From: an uncultured Candidatus Saccharibacteria bacterium
Lineage (GTDB): Bacteria > Patescibacteriota > Minisyncoccia > Phycocordibacterales > UBA9973
Direction: 5' to 3'
Length of the DNA: 64,000 nucleotides
NCBI GenBank assembly: GCA_964474435.1
Contig: CAYYSI010000002.1
Span: 163,604 to 227,603, forward strand
Position numbers and translations under genes: made by a program
Notes under the pieces: generated by a model
The model's database searches: none
The model's input: the letters and a program-made list of their open reading frames with translations, nothing else
Told to the model about the DNA's origin: nothing
Part shown: piece by piece, positions 35,896 through 44,797 of the stretch
Position numbering within the stretch: position 1 is the first letter of the stretch
Layout of the letters: every line of letters begins with the position of its first letter

Positions 35896-35897
35896 AG

Positions 35898-35925
35898 TTT
35901 GACATTGCCTCACAATTTGCTACTA
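35898..35925 (+). promoter_or_regulatory. Sigma70-like promoter (TTGACA-16-TACTAT) upstream of rpsS.
   Basis: ttgacattgcctcacaatttgctactat. Confidence 0.4.
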
Positions 35926-35962
35926 TACTCGGAGCTCAAAACCGGGCTTCTTTTTTTCTCAC

Positions 35963-36310
35963 ATGACACGATCACTCGCAAAAGGACCATATATTGACGA
36001 AAAACTCCTCAAAAAGATTGCAGGCAAACAGCCGCTTTCTGCAGGAGTGATTAAGACATGGTCACGTGCAAGTCAGATCGCACCAGAAATGGTTGGCTTT
36101 ACCTTTGGCGTTCACAATGGCAAGACGCATGTTGAAGTGCTCGTCACTGAGGACATGGTGGGACACCGATTAGGAGAATTCTCATTGACTCGCAAGTTTA
36201 CACGACACGGCGGTAAGATGCAGAAGGAAATCGACCAAAAGAAAAAGGAAGCTGAAATCACTGCTGCAAAGTCTGCAAAGGCTACGACTGCTGATACCAA
36301 GAAGAAATAA
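35963..36310 (+). CDS. rpsS: 30S ribosomal protein S19, with a Lys/Ala-rich C-terminal tail.
   Basis: [18 protein letters not shown] ... GVHNGKTHV ... GHRLGEF..TR. Confidence 0.9.
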   Translation: MTRSLAKGPYIDEKLLKKIAGKQPLSAGVIKTWSRASQIAPEMVGFTFGVHNGKTHVEVLVTEDMVGHRLGEFSLTRKFTRHGGKMQKEIDQKKKEAEITAAKSAKATTADTKKK

Positions 36311-36328
36311 TCTCATTTTATCAATACC

Positions 36329-36688
36329 ATGAAAGCAACACTTACCAATTATCGACAATCACCTCGCAAGGTTCGCCTTGTGGCTAATGCCGTGAAAGGG
36401 AAGTCACTTGCCGATGCTGATGTGACACTTGCATACATGGTCAAGCGTGGCGCGCTCCCAATGCAGAAATTGATCAAGAGTGCTGCGGCAAATGCAGTGC
36501 AATCAGGCGCTGATGCATCAACACTTATGATCAAGAATGTGGAGGTAAACAAAGGCATCGTGCTCAAGCGTTCAATGCCACGCGCGATGGGTGTTGCAAA
36601 GCCAATCAACAAGCGAAACTCTCACGTCACAGTGACTCTTGCGCAGATTGTCCCAAAGCAAAGTAAGCGTAAGGTAGTTAAGAAATAA
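36329..36688 (+). CDS. rplV: 50S ribosomal protein L22.
   Basis: 119 aa. SPRKVRLVANAVKGKSLADA. Confidence 0.9.
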   Translation: MKATLTNYRQSPRKVRLVANAVKGKSLADADVTLAYMVKRGALPMQKLIKSAAANAVQSGADASTLMIKNVEVNKGIVLKRSMPRAMGVAKPINKRNSHVTVTLAQIVPKQSKRKVVKK

Positions 36689-36695
36689 TAATTAT

Positions 36696-37367
36696 ATGTC
36701 AAAAGTAGTCCATCCATATGCACACCGCCTCGTAATCCTTCGTGATTGGAAATCACGCTGGTTTGCAACTGACAAAAACTATGTGAACAACCTTCACGTC
36801 GATGTTGTCGTGCGCCAATACCTCGAGAAGCGTCTCCGTGTTTCATACCTCTCAAGTGTTGAAATCGAACGCGGTCAAAAGGCACTTCGTATCATTCTCC
36901 GCACCTCACGTCCTGGTATGATCATTGGACGAAGTGGTGAAGGCGCAACCAAGCTCAAAGCTGACCTTGTAAAGGAACTCAAGCGTGCAAAGCTCAATGT
37001 CACTGATGACATCAAGCTTGAAATCGTCGAAGTCACGAGTCCTGATGCTGACGCAAAGATCGTTTCATTTATGATTGCCGAAGGTCTCGAGAAGCGTCTC
37101 CCATACCGACGCGTCATGAAGCAGCTCATCGAAAAGGTGATGGCAGTGCGCGGCGTGCAAGGAGTGAAGTTCTATCTCGGCGGTCGCCTCGGTGGTGCAG
37201 AAATCTCACGTTCAGAAGTCCTCAAGCGTGGTTCAATCCCACTTCAGACATTCCGTGCTGACATCGACTACGCTCGCGAGCGCGCAAACCTCGCCTATGG
37301 TGTGATCGGTATCAAGGTATGGATCTACAAAGGTCAGGTGTTTGGCACTGAGGAAAAGACTAAATAA
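36696..37367 (+). CDS. rpsC: 30S ribosomal protein S3.
   Basis: 223 aa with KH-domain features. RPGMIIGRSGEGATKLK. Confidence 0.9.
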   Translation: MSKVVHPYAHRLVILRDWKSRWFATDKNYVNNLHVDVVVRQYLEKRLRVSYLSSVEIERGQKALRIILRTSRPGMIIGRSGEGATKLKADLVKELKRAKLNVTDDIKLEIVEVTSPDADAKIVSFMIAEGLEKRLPYRRVMKQLIEKVMAVRGVQGVKFYLGGRLGGAEISRSEVLKRGSIPLQTFRADIDYARERANLAYGVIGIKVWIYKGQVFGTEEKTK

Positions 37368-37373
37368 ACTACT

Positions 37374-37790
37374 ATGTTATTCCCGAAAAAAGTAAAATTT
37401 AGAAAGTGGCAGAAAAAGAGAACCAAGATGGATGGTCGTGTTGAAACACGTGGTACTGCGGTGACATTTGGCTCATACGGTCTCAAGACTGAAAGTATGT
37501 CTCGCATCACCTCAAACCAGATCGAAGCAGCCCGCAAGGCAGCATCTCGCCACCTCGGCAAAGTCGGTCGCATGTGGATCCGAGTATTCCCTGATCGACC
37601 AATCACAAGTAAGCCTGCAGAAGTACCGATGGGTGGAGGAAAGGGAGACCTCGACGGATACTGCATGGAAGTATTGCCAGGTCGCATCATCTTTGAAGTA
37701 GATGGCGTTACCGAAGCAGTTGCCCGAGAAGCCCTCCGCAAGGCAGGAACCAAGCTCCCACTCAAGACACGCGTCGTTGAACGAGTCTAA
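37374..37790 (+). CDS. rplP: 50S ribosomal protein L16.
   Basis: 138 aa. MLFPKKVKFRKWQKKR ... GKGDLDGYCMEV. Confidence 0.9.
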   Translation: MLFPKKVKFRKWQKKRTKMDGRVETRGTAVTFGSYGLKTESMSRITSNQIEAARKAASRHLGKVGRMWIRVFPDRPITSKPAEVPMGGGKGDLDGYCMEVLPGRIIFEVDGVTEAVAREALRKAGTKLPLKTRVVERV

Positions 37791-37842
37791 TCTGCCGCAA
37801 ACTCGACAGAACTCAAAAAATAAGTAATATACACTCACTAGC

Positions 37843-38097
37843 ATGCAATCATCCACGAAAAACAACAAAATACTCCGAGGCACCGTTGTCTCAGACAAAA
37901 TGGATAAAACCGTGGTTGTTGCTGTGACGCGTTTCGTCAAGCATGCAAAGTACCAGAAGTTCTTGAAAATCACCAAGAAATTCAAGGCACATGACGAGAA
38001 CAATGAGTCGAAAGTAGGGGACGAAGTTTCATTGCGTCAGACACGCCCACTCTCAAAGGACAAGCGCTTTGAAGTAGTTAAGGAAGCTACGAGTTAA
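37843..38097 (+). CDS. rpsQ: 30S ribosomal protein S17.
   Basis: 84 aa. [27 protein letters not shown]. It directly follows rplP after a 52-nt gap with no rpmC in between. Confidence 0.9.
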   Translation: MQSSTKNNKILRGTVVSDKMDKTVVVAVTRFVKHAKYQKFLKITKKFKAHDENNESKVGDEVSLRQTRPLSKDKRFEVVKEATS

Positions 38098-38101
38098 TTG
38101 T

Positions 38102-38473
38102 ATGTTGCAAGATGGATCAATCGTAAAAATCACAGACAATGCCGGCGGTAAGGTAGGCAAGATCTTCAAGGTACTTGGAGGTAGTAAGCGTCGCTATGCA
38201 GGTATTGGCGATGTTGTTGTCCTTTCGATCAAGGTTGCAGAACCTCGCAAGAACGTAAAGAAAAAGGATGTATGTTATGCAGTCGTTGTTCGTCAGCGCA
38301 ATGCATTTCGCCGCAAGGACGGTTCATACATCCGCTTTGATGACAATGCAGTTGTGATCATCGAAAAGGGCAAGAAAGAACCAAAGGCAGGTCGCATCTT
38401 TGGTCCAATCCCACGCGAGATCGGTGAACTCGGATACCAGAAAATCGTGTCACTCGCACCAGAAGTGCTATAA
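38102..38473 (+). CDS. rplN: 50S ribosomal protein L14.
   Basis: 123 aa. MLQDGSIVKITDNAGGK ... GDVVVLSIK. Confidence 0.9.
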   Translation: MLQDGSIVKITDNAGGKVGKIFKVLGGSKRRYAGIGDVVVLSIKVAEPRKNVKKKDVCYAVVVRQRNAFRRKDGSYIRFDDNAVVIIEKGKKEPKAGRIFGPIPREIGELGYQKIVSLAPEVL

Positions 38474-38481
38474 CCATTTTT

Positions 38482-38691
38482 ATGAAAATCAAGAAAGGAG
38501 ACAATGTAGTAGTTATCGCCGGCAAGCACAAAGGTGCCAAGGGCAAGATCGCGCAGATCGTGGGAGAGCGCGTGGTTGTTGACGGCGTCAACAAAATGAA
38601 ATTTCATGTGAAGGCAAAGAGCAAGACTGAAAAGGGCTCTATTGTTGAGCGCGAAGCACCATTGCATCACTCAAACGTAAAGAAAGTATAA
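38482..38691 (+). CDS. rplX: 50S ribosomal protein L24 (short form).
   Basis: 69 aa. KOW motif KIKKGDNVVVIAGKHKGAKGKI. Confidence 0.85.
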   Translation: MKIKKGDNVVVIAGKHKGAKGKIAQIVGERVVVDGVNKMKFHVKAKSKTEKGSIVEREAPLHHSNVKKV

Positions 38692-38701
38692 TCATTTATA
38701 T

Positions 38702-39250
38702 ATGGAAATCACCAAGCAAAAACAAGATAGCGCATACAAGACCCTCGGCCAGTTTGGCTACAAGGCAAAGCTCGCAGCTCCACGACTTTTGAAAATTGTG
38801 GTGGCAAGTGGCACAGGGTCTGGTATGAAGAAAGACCGTGAGAAAAACAACACGATCATCGATCGTCTCGCGCGTATCACTGGGCAGAAACCAACACTTC
38901 GCATCGCAAAGAAATCTGTTGCGTCATTTAAGGTTCGAGAAGGGGATCCGATCGGTGTCTCAGTGACACTTCGCGGTGCTCGCATGAACCACTTCATGGA
39001 CAAGCTCATCAACATCGCCATCCCTCGTACCAAGGACTTCCGTGGTATCGACCGCAAGGCAGTGGACAACATCGGCAACATGACGCTCGGTATCAAGGAG
39101 CACACGATCTTCCCAGAAACCTCTGACGAAGACCTCCGCGATGTATTCGGCTTTGCGATCACCCTCGTTTCATCTGCAAAGACCAAAGCAGAAGCACTCG
39201 CATTCTTTGAACACCTCGGCATCCCGTTCAAGAAAGAAGAAGCGAAATAA
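38702..39250 (+). CDS. rplE: 50S ribosomal protein L5.
   Basis: 182 aa. ...PRTKDFRGI... LGIKEHTIFPE. Confidence 0.9.
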   Translation: MEITKQKQDSAYKTLGQFGYKAKLAAPRLLKIVVASGTGSGMKKDREKNNTIIDRLARITGQKPTLRIAKKSVASFKVREGDPIGVSVTLRGARMNHFMDKLINIAIPRTKDFRGIDRKAVDNIGNMTLGIKEHTIFPETSDEDLRDVFGFAITLVSSAKTKAEALAFFEHLGIPFKKEEAK

Positions 39251-39331
39251 TTTTTTACTCACAAACACCTCCCGATCGGGAGGTGTTTGACTTTTGTATA
39301 GAGAAGCATAGAGTTAACAAAACTCCCGCTC

Positions 39332-39958
39332 ATGAAAAAGATAATAATAACCCCTACGCTCAAGGAGTACATACTCCTTCCTATTATTCCTCCACTCAGT
39401 ATTTATCTCTGTCTTCAATTTCTCCCACAACTTGCTGATTTTCTTAATGGCACAGTGATTGTTTTTGTTTGTGTATATATTATAGCTGCTATACATATCC
39501 GAAAATGGACATGGAAACAGCTTGGTGTTGAATTTGGCAATATTACATTAGCGAAAATAGGACTTTGTTTTGCTGGTCTCGCAGCAGGTATTGGTTGGCT
39601 ATGGATTCTCGGACATCTTAATCCAGAAAAATGGGATTTTAGTACGCAAAAAAATATCGGTCTTGTTAAATGGGCCGGACTTGGAGTCTTCGGACAAGTT
39701 CTTATTTTTCAGGGATATTTGCCCCAGCTCGGAAATAGTTTAGAGATAAGACCCTGGATCAACTTTAGTTGGAACGCAATTTCTTTTATAGGAATGCATC
39801 TTATTTTCAGTGATCTTGGAAAAGTTATGCCTATTATTATTCCCGCGTCTATCCTTTTTGCAGGACTGTATTGGAAATGCCGTAATAGCCTTTTGGTATC
39901 GATTGTTCATATGCCACTGACCGCTATTACTATTCTGGAACTTATTTTTAAAATCTGA
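39332..39958 (+). CDS. CPBP/Abi-like polytopic membrane protein, inserted between rplE and rpsZ.
   Basis: 208 aa with ~6 TM helices. FIGMH fits motif 2 (F...H) of CPBP intramembrane proteases and SIVHMPLT may be motif 3. The EE..R motif 1 is not evident. AT-rich. Confidence 0.4.
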   Translation: MKKIIITPTLKEYILLPIIPPLSIYLCLQFLPQLADFLNGTVIVFVCVYIIAAIHIRKWTWKQLGVEFGNITLAKIGLCFAGLAAGIGWLWILGHLNPEKWDFSTQKNIGLVKWAGLGVFGQVLIFQGYLPQLGNSLEIRPWINFSWNAISFIGMHLIFSDLGKVMPIIIPASILFAGLYWKCRNSLLVSIVHMPLTAITILELIFKI

Positions 39959-39963
39959 TTAAA

Positions 39964-40020
39964 CAGCAGGCACAATGCCTGCTGTTTTTGTTTGACATTG
40001 TAGGGGCACTCTGGTACGAT
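39964..40020 (+). promoter_or_regulatory. Terminator (cagcaggca-caa-tgcctgctg plus TTTTTG), then sigma70-like promoter (TTGACA-17-TACGAT) upstream of rpsZ.
   Basis: cagcaggcacaatgcctgctgtttttgtttgacattgtaggggcactctggtacgat. A ~95-nt leader follows. Confidence 0.5.
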
Positions 40021-40119
40021 ACCCCAGTTCTTCGGTAATCCACGATTTTCTCTCTGGAGACCCTCTCGGGGGAATCTAGAGAAATAACCGTGTGATATTC
40101 CCCAGAACGATCCCATTCT

Positions 40120-40305
40120 ATGGCAAAAACTTCAACCGTTGCGCGTTCCAAAAAGACGCCAAAATTTAGCACTCGTCAGGTCAACCGCTGCTTCCGCTGC
40201 GGTCGTCGTCACGGCTACATGCGTGACTTCGGACTTTGTCGTATCTGCTTCCGAGAGCTTGCCAACGAAGGAATGATCCCAGGTATCCGCAAGAGTTCAT
40301 GGTAA
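40120..40305 (+). CDS. rpsZ: 30S ribosomal protein S14, type Z (zinc-binding).
   Basis: 61 aa with a C-x2-C ... C-x2-C ribbon ([20 protein letters not shown]). Confidence 0.85.
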   Translation: MAKTSTVARSKKTPKFSTRQVNRCFRCGRRHGYMRDFGLCRICFRELANEGMIPGIRKSSW

Positions 40306-40316
40306 ACGAGTAATAT

Positions 40317-40712
40317 ATGGTAACCGACCCAATTTCAAACATGATCATCAGTATGAAGAACGGCGCACTCGTTTCAAAGAAAACAGTCGTTGTCCCTTTC
40401 TCAAAGCTCAAGTACGCAATCGCGCAGTGCTTGAAAGAGCAGGGCTACATTACTGAAGCTTCAAAAAAGACTGAAAAGAACAACGTGCCCGTACTCGAAA
40501 TGACACTTGCATACCACGGTGACGCTCCACGCATTCACGATGTGAAGCGAATGTCGAAGCCTTCTCGCCGCACGTACCTTGGTGTCCACGACATCCGTGG
40601 GGTCAAAAATGGTCATGGTATGGTTGTGCTCTCAACTCCGAAAGGAATTTTGACTGACAAGCAGGCTCGCAAGGAAATGGTCGGCGGAGAGGCGTTATTT
40701 ATGATTTGGTAA
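40317..40712 (+). CDS. rpsH: 30S ribosomal protein S8.
   Basis: 131 aa. DPISNMIISMKNG ... STPKGILTDKQARK. Confidence 0.9.
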   Translation: MVTDPISNMIISMKNGALVSKKTVVVPFSKLKYAIAQCLKEQGYITEASKKTEKNNVPVLEMTLAYHGDAPRIHDVKRMSKPSRRTYLGVHDIRGVKNGHGMVVLSTPKGILTDKQARKEMVGGEALFMIW

Positions 40713-40719
40713 TATTTAT

Positions 40720-41253
40720 ATGAGCAGAGTTGGAAAACAACAATTGGTAATCCCAAGCAATACCGAAGTAACGTACGTCGATGGCATCGCGACTGTAAAG
40801 GGGCCACTTGGTACTGTTACAAAAGTCCTTCCTGAAACAGTGACTGTCACGATTGCTGACGGCATGGTAACCTTTGCACAAAAGGGAAATGATCCATTTG
40901 CTCGCGCAATCTGGGGTACCTACGCATCTCACTTCAAGAACATGATTGCTGGAGTAAACACTCCATACAGCAAGAAACTCGTTCTCGACGGAGTTGGATT
41001 TAAAAGTGAAGTAAAGGGTACTGATCTCCACCTCGCACTCGGATTTTCACACCCAGTCGTTGTTGCGATCCCAGCAGGACTCACTGTCACTGCAGAAAAG
41101 AACAACATCACGATCAGTGGTATCGACAAGGAACTTGTGGGACAATGGTCAGCCAAGGTCCGCGCGCTCAAGAAACCAGAACCGTACAAAGGAAAAGGCT
41201 TCCACTATCATGACGAAGTCATCCGACGCAAGGCCGGCAAGAAGACTGCATAA
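40720..41253 (+). CDS. rplF: 50S ribosomal protein L6.
   Basis: 177 aa. MSRVGKQQLVIPSN ... two L6 repeats. Confidence 0.9.
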   Translation: MSRVGKQQLVIPSNTEVTYVDGIATVKGPLGTVTKVLPETVTVTIADGMVTFAQKGNDPFARAIWGTYASHFKNMIAGVNTPYSKKLVLDGVGFKSEVKGTDLHLALGFSHPVVVAIPAGLTVTAEKNNITISGIDKELVGQWSAKVRALKKPEPYKGKGFHYHDEVIRRKAGKKTA

Positions 41254-41265
41254 TAAAAAACATAT

Positions 41266-41613
41266 ATGTCACGATCAACACCACAACAGAAAAGACTCCG
41301 AAACAAACGAAAGATCCGTGCGGTTATTTCTGGTACGGAAACTCGTCCACGTCTTTCAGTCTTTCGTTCAAACAACTTCCTCTACGCGCAGCTTATTGAT
41401 GACACCAAGGGTGTGACGATCGTTGCAGCTACTGACAAGACAAAGAAGAGTGGGACTAAAGTTGAAGGTGCTGTAAGTGCCGGCAAGGCAATTGCAGCAG
41501 CTGCAAAAGGAAAGGGGATCGACGCAGTTGTCTTTGACCGAAATGGATTCCGCTATGCAGGTCGCATCAAGGCATTTGCAGACGCGGCTCGCGAGGGAGG
41601 ATTGAATTTTTAA
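41266..41613 (+). CDS. rplR: 50S ribosomal protein L18.
   Basis: 115 aa. RPRLSVFRSNNFLYAQLIDD ... FDRNGFRYAGRIKAFADAAREGGL. Confidence 0.9.
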   Translation: MSRSTPQQKRLRNKRKIRAVISGTETRPRLSVFRSNNFLYAQLIDDTKGVTIVAATDKTKKSGTKVEGAVSAGKAIAAAAKGKGIDAVVFDRNGFRYAGRIKAFADAAREGGLNF

Positions 41614-41618
41614 TACAT

Positions 41619-42230
41619 ATGACTACACCAACACACACAACTAAACCAGCAGCAGGTGCACCAACAGGTGATCGTGCTCCGTTTGCACGTCGCCCACGTC
41701 GCGATGGTGGCAAGACATTTGGCGATCGCGTCAAAGACGTTGACCAAAAGATTCTCGACATTCGTCGCGTGACTCGCGTGGTTGCTGGAGGACGTCGTAT
41801 GAGTTTTGCAGTATCAATGATCATCGGAGATAAAAATGGTGTTGTTGGTCTCGGAACAGGAAAGGGAAATGACACAGCACTTGCGATCGCAAAGGCGCTC
41901 AAGGACGCAAAGAAAAATGCGATCAAAATCAAGCGCACTGAAAAGCACTCAATCCCGCACGATGTTAATGCAAAGTACAATGCATCACGCGTCATGCTTT
42001 TCCCAAACCATGGTAAGGGTCTCGTTGTTGGAGCAGCGCTTCGCGATATCATCACTATCGCCGGTGTCAAAAATGTATCTGGAAAGGTACTTTCAGGCAG
42101 CAAGAACAAACTCAACACTGCGCGAGCATGTATGAAGGCACTTGCGACGATCAGTACGAAACACATCTTTGGAGGTAAGGTTGAAACTCCAGTTGTCGCA
42201 GATGAAGCAGTAGCAGCTGTTAAGGAATAA
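41619..42230 (+). CDS. rpsE: 30S ribosomal protein S5, with an N-terminal extension.
   Basis: 203 aa. RRVTRVVAGGRRMSFAVSMIIGDKNGVVGLGTGKGNDTALAIAKA. It is followed directly by rplO, with no rpmD between them. Confidence 0.9.
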   Translation: MTTPTHTTKPAAGAPTGDRAPFARRPRRDGGKTFGDRVKDVDQKILDIRRVTRVVAGGRRMSFAVSMIIGDKNGVVGLGTGKGNDTALAIAKALKDAKKNAIKIKRTEKHSIPHDVNAKYNASRVMLFPNHGKGLVVGAALRDIITIAGVKNVSGKVLSGSKNKLNTARACMKALATISTKHIFGGKVETPVVADEAVAAVKE

Positions 42231-42233
42231 TAT

Positions 42234-42668
42234 ATGATGGACCTCAAACGAAAAACAGAAAATAAGAAAGGTAAGCTCGTTGGACGAGGAAGCAAGCGCG
42301 GCAAGACCAGTGGTCGGGGAACCAAAGGGCAGAAGTCTCGTGCAGGTCACAAGATCCGTCCTGAAATCCGAGATCGCATCAAGAAACTTCCAAAACTCCG
42401 TGGTCGCGGCAAGAACATCTTTAGAGCATTTCGCGCAACTCCTGAAACGGTAAACGTCGGCGTCATCGGCAAGGTCTTTGAAAAAGGCGCAGTCATCACT
42501 CCTGCAACACTCTTTGACAAGAACGTCATCCGACGCAAAAAGGGAGTACTTCCTGCAGTCAAAATCCTCGGAGGAGGTGAGATCGCTCACGCAGTTGAAA
42601 TCTATGATTGTCAGGTTACCGATGCTGCAAAAGCAAAGATTGAGGCAGCAGGTGGTATCATTAAGTAA
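42234..42668 (+). CDS. rplO: 50S ribosomal protein L15.
   Basis: 144 aa. GRGSKRGKTSGRGTKGQKSRAGHK. Confidence 0.9.
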   Translation: MMDLKRKTENKKGKLVGRGSKRGKTSGRGTKGQKSRAGHKIRPEIRDRIKKLPKLRGRGKNIFRAFRATPETVNVGVIGKVFEKGAVITPATLFDKNVIRRKKGVLPAVKILGGGEIAHAVEIYDCQVTDAAKAKIEAAGGIIK

Positions 42669-42670
42669 TC

Positions 42671-43942
42671 ATGAACTCATTTTTCAGAAAATTCACAACA
42701 CTCTTTACCGATAAAAGCCTCCGCAACAAAATTTTGTTTGTTGTGGCTGTGTTGTTTATTTTCCGATTCCTTGCAACCATCCCAGTGCCAGGTGTCGATG
42801 TTGCACGACTTAACCAGTTCCTCTCAACGAACCAATTCCTTGGACTCTTCAATGTGCTCTCAGGTGGGGGACTCTCATCATTCTCTATCGTCATGCTTGG
42901 AGTCGGAGGATACATCACTGCATCGATCATCATGCAGGTGCTCTCAATGATGGTGCCATCGCTCAAAGAACTCATGCAAGAAAGTGGGGACGCTGGTCGC
43001 CGCACCTTTAACCAATACGTTCGACTCCTCACTGTGCCGATCTCTGCACTTCAGGCCTTCTCATTCATCAAATACCTTCAGAGTCAGGGTGCGATTGGCG
43101 CACTCTCTGCGGGCGCGCTCGTCACCAACGTCATCATTATTGTTGGAGGATCAATGCTTCTCTTGTGGCTTGCCGAGCTCATCAATGAATTTGGTATCGG
43201 AAACGGCACATCACTCATCATCATGAGTGGTATCTTGGCAGTCATCCCACCAAAGATCTCACAATTTCTCTTTACACTCACGCCAGACCAGCTTCCAGTA
43301 GTACTACTCTACATCGCCATCGGATTCCTTGTGATCGCCGGTGTTGTGTATATCTATGAAGCAGAGCGACCAGTGAAAGTAACCTATGCACGACAGGTGC
43401 GTGGCATCCGTACACTCGGTGGCAACGAAAGTTACCTCCCACTTCGCCTTACCCAAGCAGGTGTGATGCCAATCATCTTTGCATCATCCCTCCTCTTGTT
43501 CCCACAATTCCTTGCAGGACTCTTTGCAACCTCTCAATCACTTCGCCTCCAAGCGATCAGTCACAGCCTCACGTCATTCCTTCAGAGCACCGTGCTTTAT
43601 TCAATCGTCTATTTCGTGCTCGTCGTCTTCTTTACATACTTTTACACTGCAGTAACCTTTGATCCAAAGCAGATTGCAAACAACCTCCAGAAAAATGGCG
43701 CCTTCGTGCCAGGTATCCGACCAGGAGACGCAACCAACAACTACCTTGCAAGTATCGTCACACGCATCACACTCGTCGGTTCGATCTTCCTTGGAGTTGT
43801 CGCAGTGCTCCCACTCATCGTTCGCAGTACGACTGGTATCACTGCATTTGCTATTGGGGGTACGTCACTTCTCATCGTTGTGTCAGTAGTTATCGATCTC
43901 GTTCGCCGTGTTGATGCACAAGTCGCAATGCAGGAATATTAA
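42671..43942 (+). CDS. secY: Preprotein translocase subunit SecY.
   Basis: 423 aa with 10 TM helices. The canonical position is after rplO. Confidence 0.95.
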   Translation: MNSFFRKFTTLFTDKSLRNKILFVVAVLFIFRFLATIPVPGVDVARLNQFLSTNQFLGLFNVLSGGGLSSFSIVMLGVGGYITASIIMQVLSMMVPSLKELMQESGDAGRRTFNQYVRLLTVPISALQAFSFIKYLQSQGAIGALSAGALVTNVIIIVGGSMLLLWLAELINEFGIGNGTSLIIMSGILAVIPPKISQFLFTLTPDQLPVVLLYIAIGFLVIAGVVYIYEAERPVKVTYARQVRGIRTLGGNESYLPLRLTQAGVMPIIFASSLLLFPQFLAGLFATSQSLRLQAISHSLTSFLQSTVLYSIVYFVLVVFFTYFYTAVTFDPKQIANNLQKNGAFVPGIRPGDATNNYLASIVTRITLVGSIFLGVVAVLPLIVRSTTGITAFAIGGTSLLIVVSVVIDLVRRVDAQVAMQEY

Positions 43943-43959
43943 TCTGCTATACTTTCCGT

Positions 43960-44562
43960 ATGGAAACACCTCATTCAAAAGACGCCTATATCTTTATAGG
44001 ACAGTCGGGGGCAGGCAAGGGAACACAGGCCGCACTTCTCGAAGAAAAAGTTCGAGCAGGCTATCCTAACGAATCTATTCTCCATCTCGAGACCGGTACG
44101 ATCTTTCGTTCTTTTATTACGCGGGACTCATACACAGCAAAGATGACAAAGGAAATGATGAATGAAGGCAAACTTCCACCATCATTTATCGGTATTCATG
44201 TCTGGAGCCATGAGCTCATTGAACAATACGTAGGACAGCGATTTGTATTCCTCGATGGTACGCCGCGAATTTCCGAAGAAGTGCCGGTACTCCTCTCTGC
44301 TGCAGCATTTTATAATTGGAATCTCACCGTTGTATATCTAGAAGTAACTGACGCTTGGGCCAATGATCGCCTTGTCGGACGCGGACGAGAGGATGACAAA
44401 GATGAGAGCGATCGCGCAGAGCGTATCGCATGGTTTCATGTCAATGTCATGCCCGCAGTTGAGCTTCTCCGAAATTCTCCTGAAGTGAAAGTTCTCACGA
44501 TCAACGGCGAGCGTCCGATCGAGGAGATCCATGCGGAGATTTGTGGGAAGCTTGGATTGTAG
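43960..44562 (+). CDS. adk: Adenylate kinase.
   Basis: 200 aa. P-loop GQSGAGKGTQA, LID-like region and ...GRGREDD.... Confidence 0.8.
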   Translation: METPHSKDAYIFIGQSGAGKGTQAALLEEKVRAGYPNESILHLETGTIFRSFITRDSYTAKMTKEMMNEGKLPPSFIGIHVWSHELIEQYVGQRFVFLDGTPRISEEVPVLLSAAAFYNWNLTVVYLEVTDAWANDRLVGRGREDDKDESDRAERIAWFHVNVMPAVELLRNSPEVKVLTINGERPIEEIHAEICGKLGL

Positions 44563-44565
44563 TGT

Positions 44566-44797
44566 TCATTCAAAGAAACATACTTCTGCCGTCGCATAAA
44601 TTTCTGCTGAAATTTTGCTCCTGCTCGGGCCAGTCGCCCTGCGCAAGACGGCATAAGCATATTTCTTTTCATTCACACCATACGTAGATCGCGCTGCTAC
44701 GCCGGAAGAACTACCTACTTCCCGAAGCCTGTCTGAGGCACAGCCGAGTTCTGCAGGGGAGTAGGTAGTTCTGGAGAAGTAGCAAAGAATATTTTTT
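44566..44797 (+). promoter_or_regulatory. Highly structured adk-map intergenic region. It holds a nested-hairpin element (~44590-44650) and a 17-bp inverted repeat with a 32-nt spacer (~44713-44780).
   Basis: ugccguc...gacggca encloses aaauuu-cugcug-aaauuu and gggc-caguc-gccc. Later agaactacctacttccc / ggggagtaggtagttct forms a 17-bp stem with one G-U pair. Confidence 0.35.

Noticed and set aside
37512-38003. 163-aa minus-strand ORF across rplP/rpsQ
   Set aside because: Antisense to ribosomal protein genes. No support.
41567-42325. 252-aa minus-strand ORF across rpsE/rplO
   Set aside because: Antisense to highly conserved ribosomal protein genes. Pro/Arg/Ser-rich artefact.
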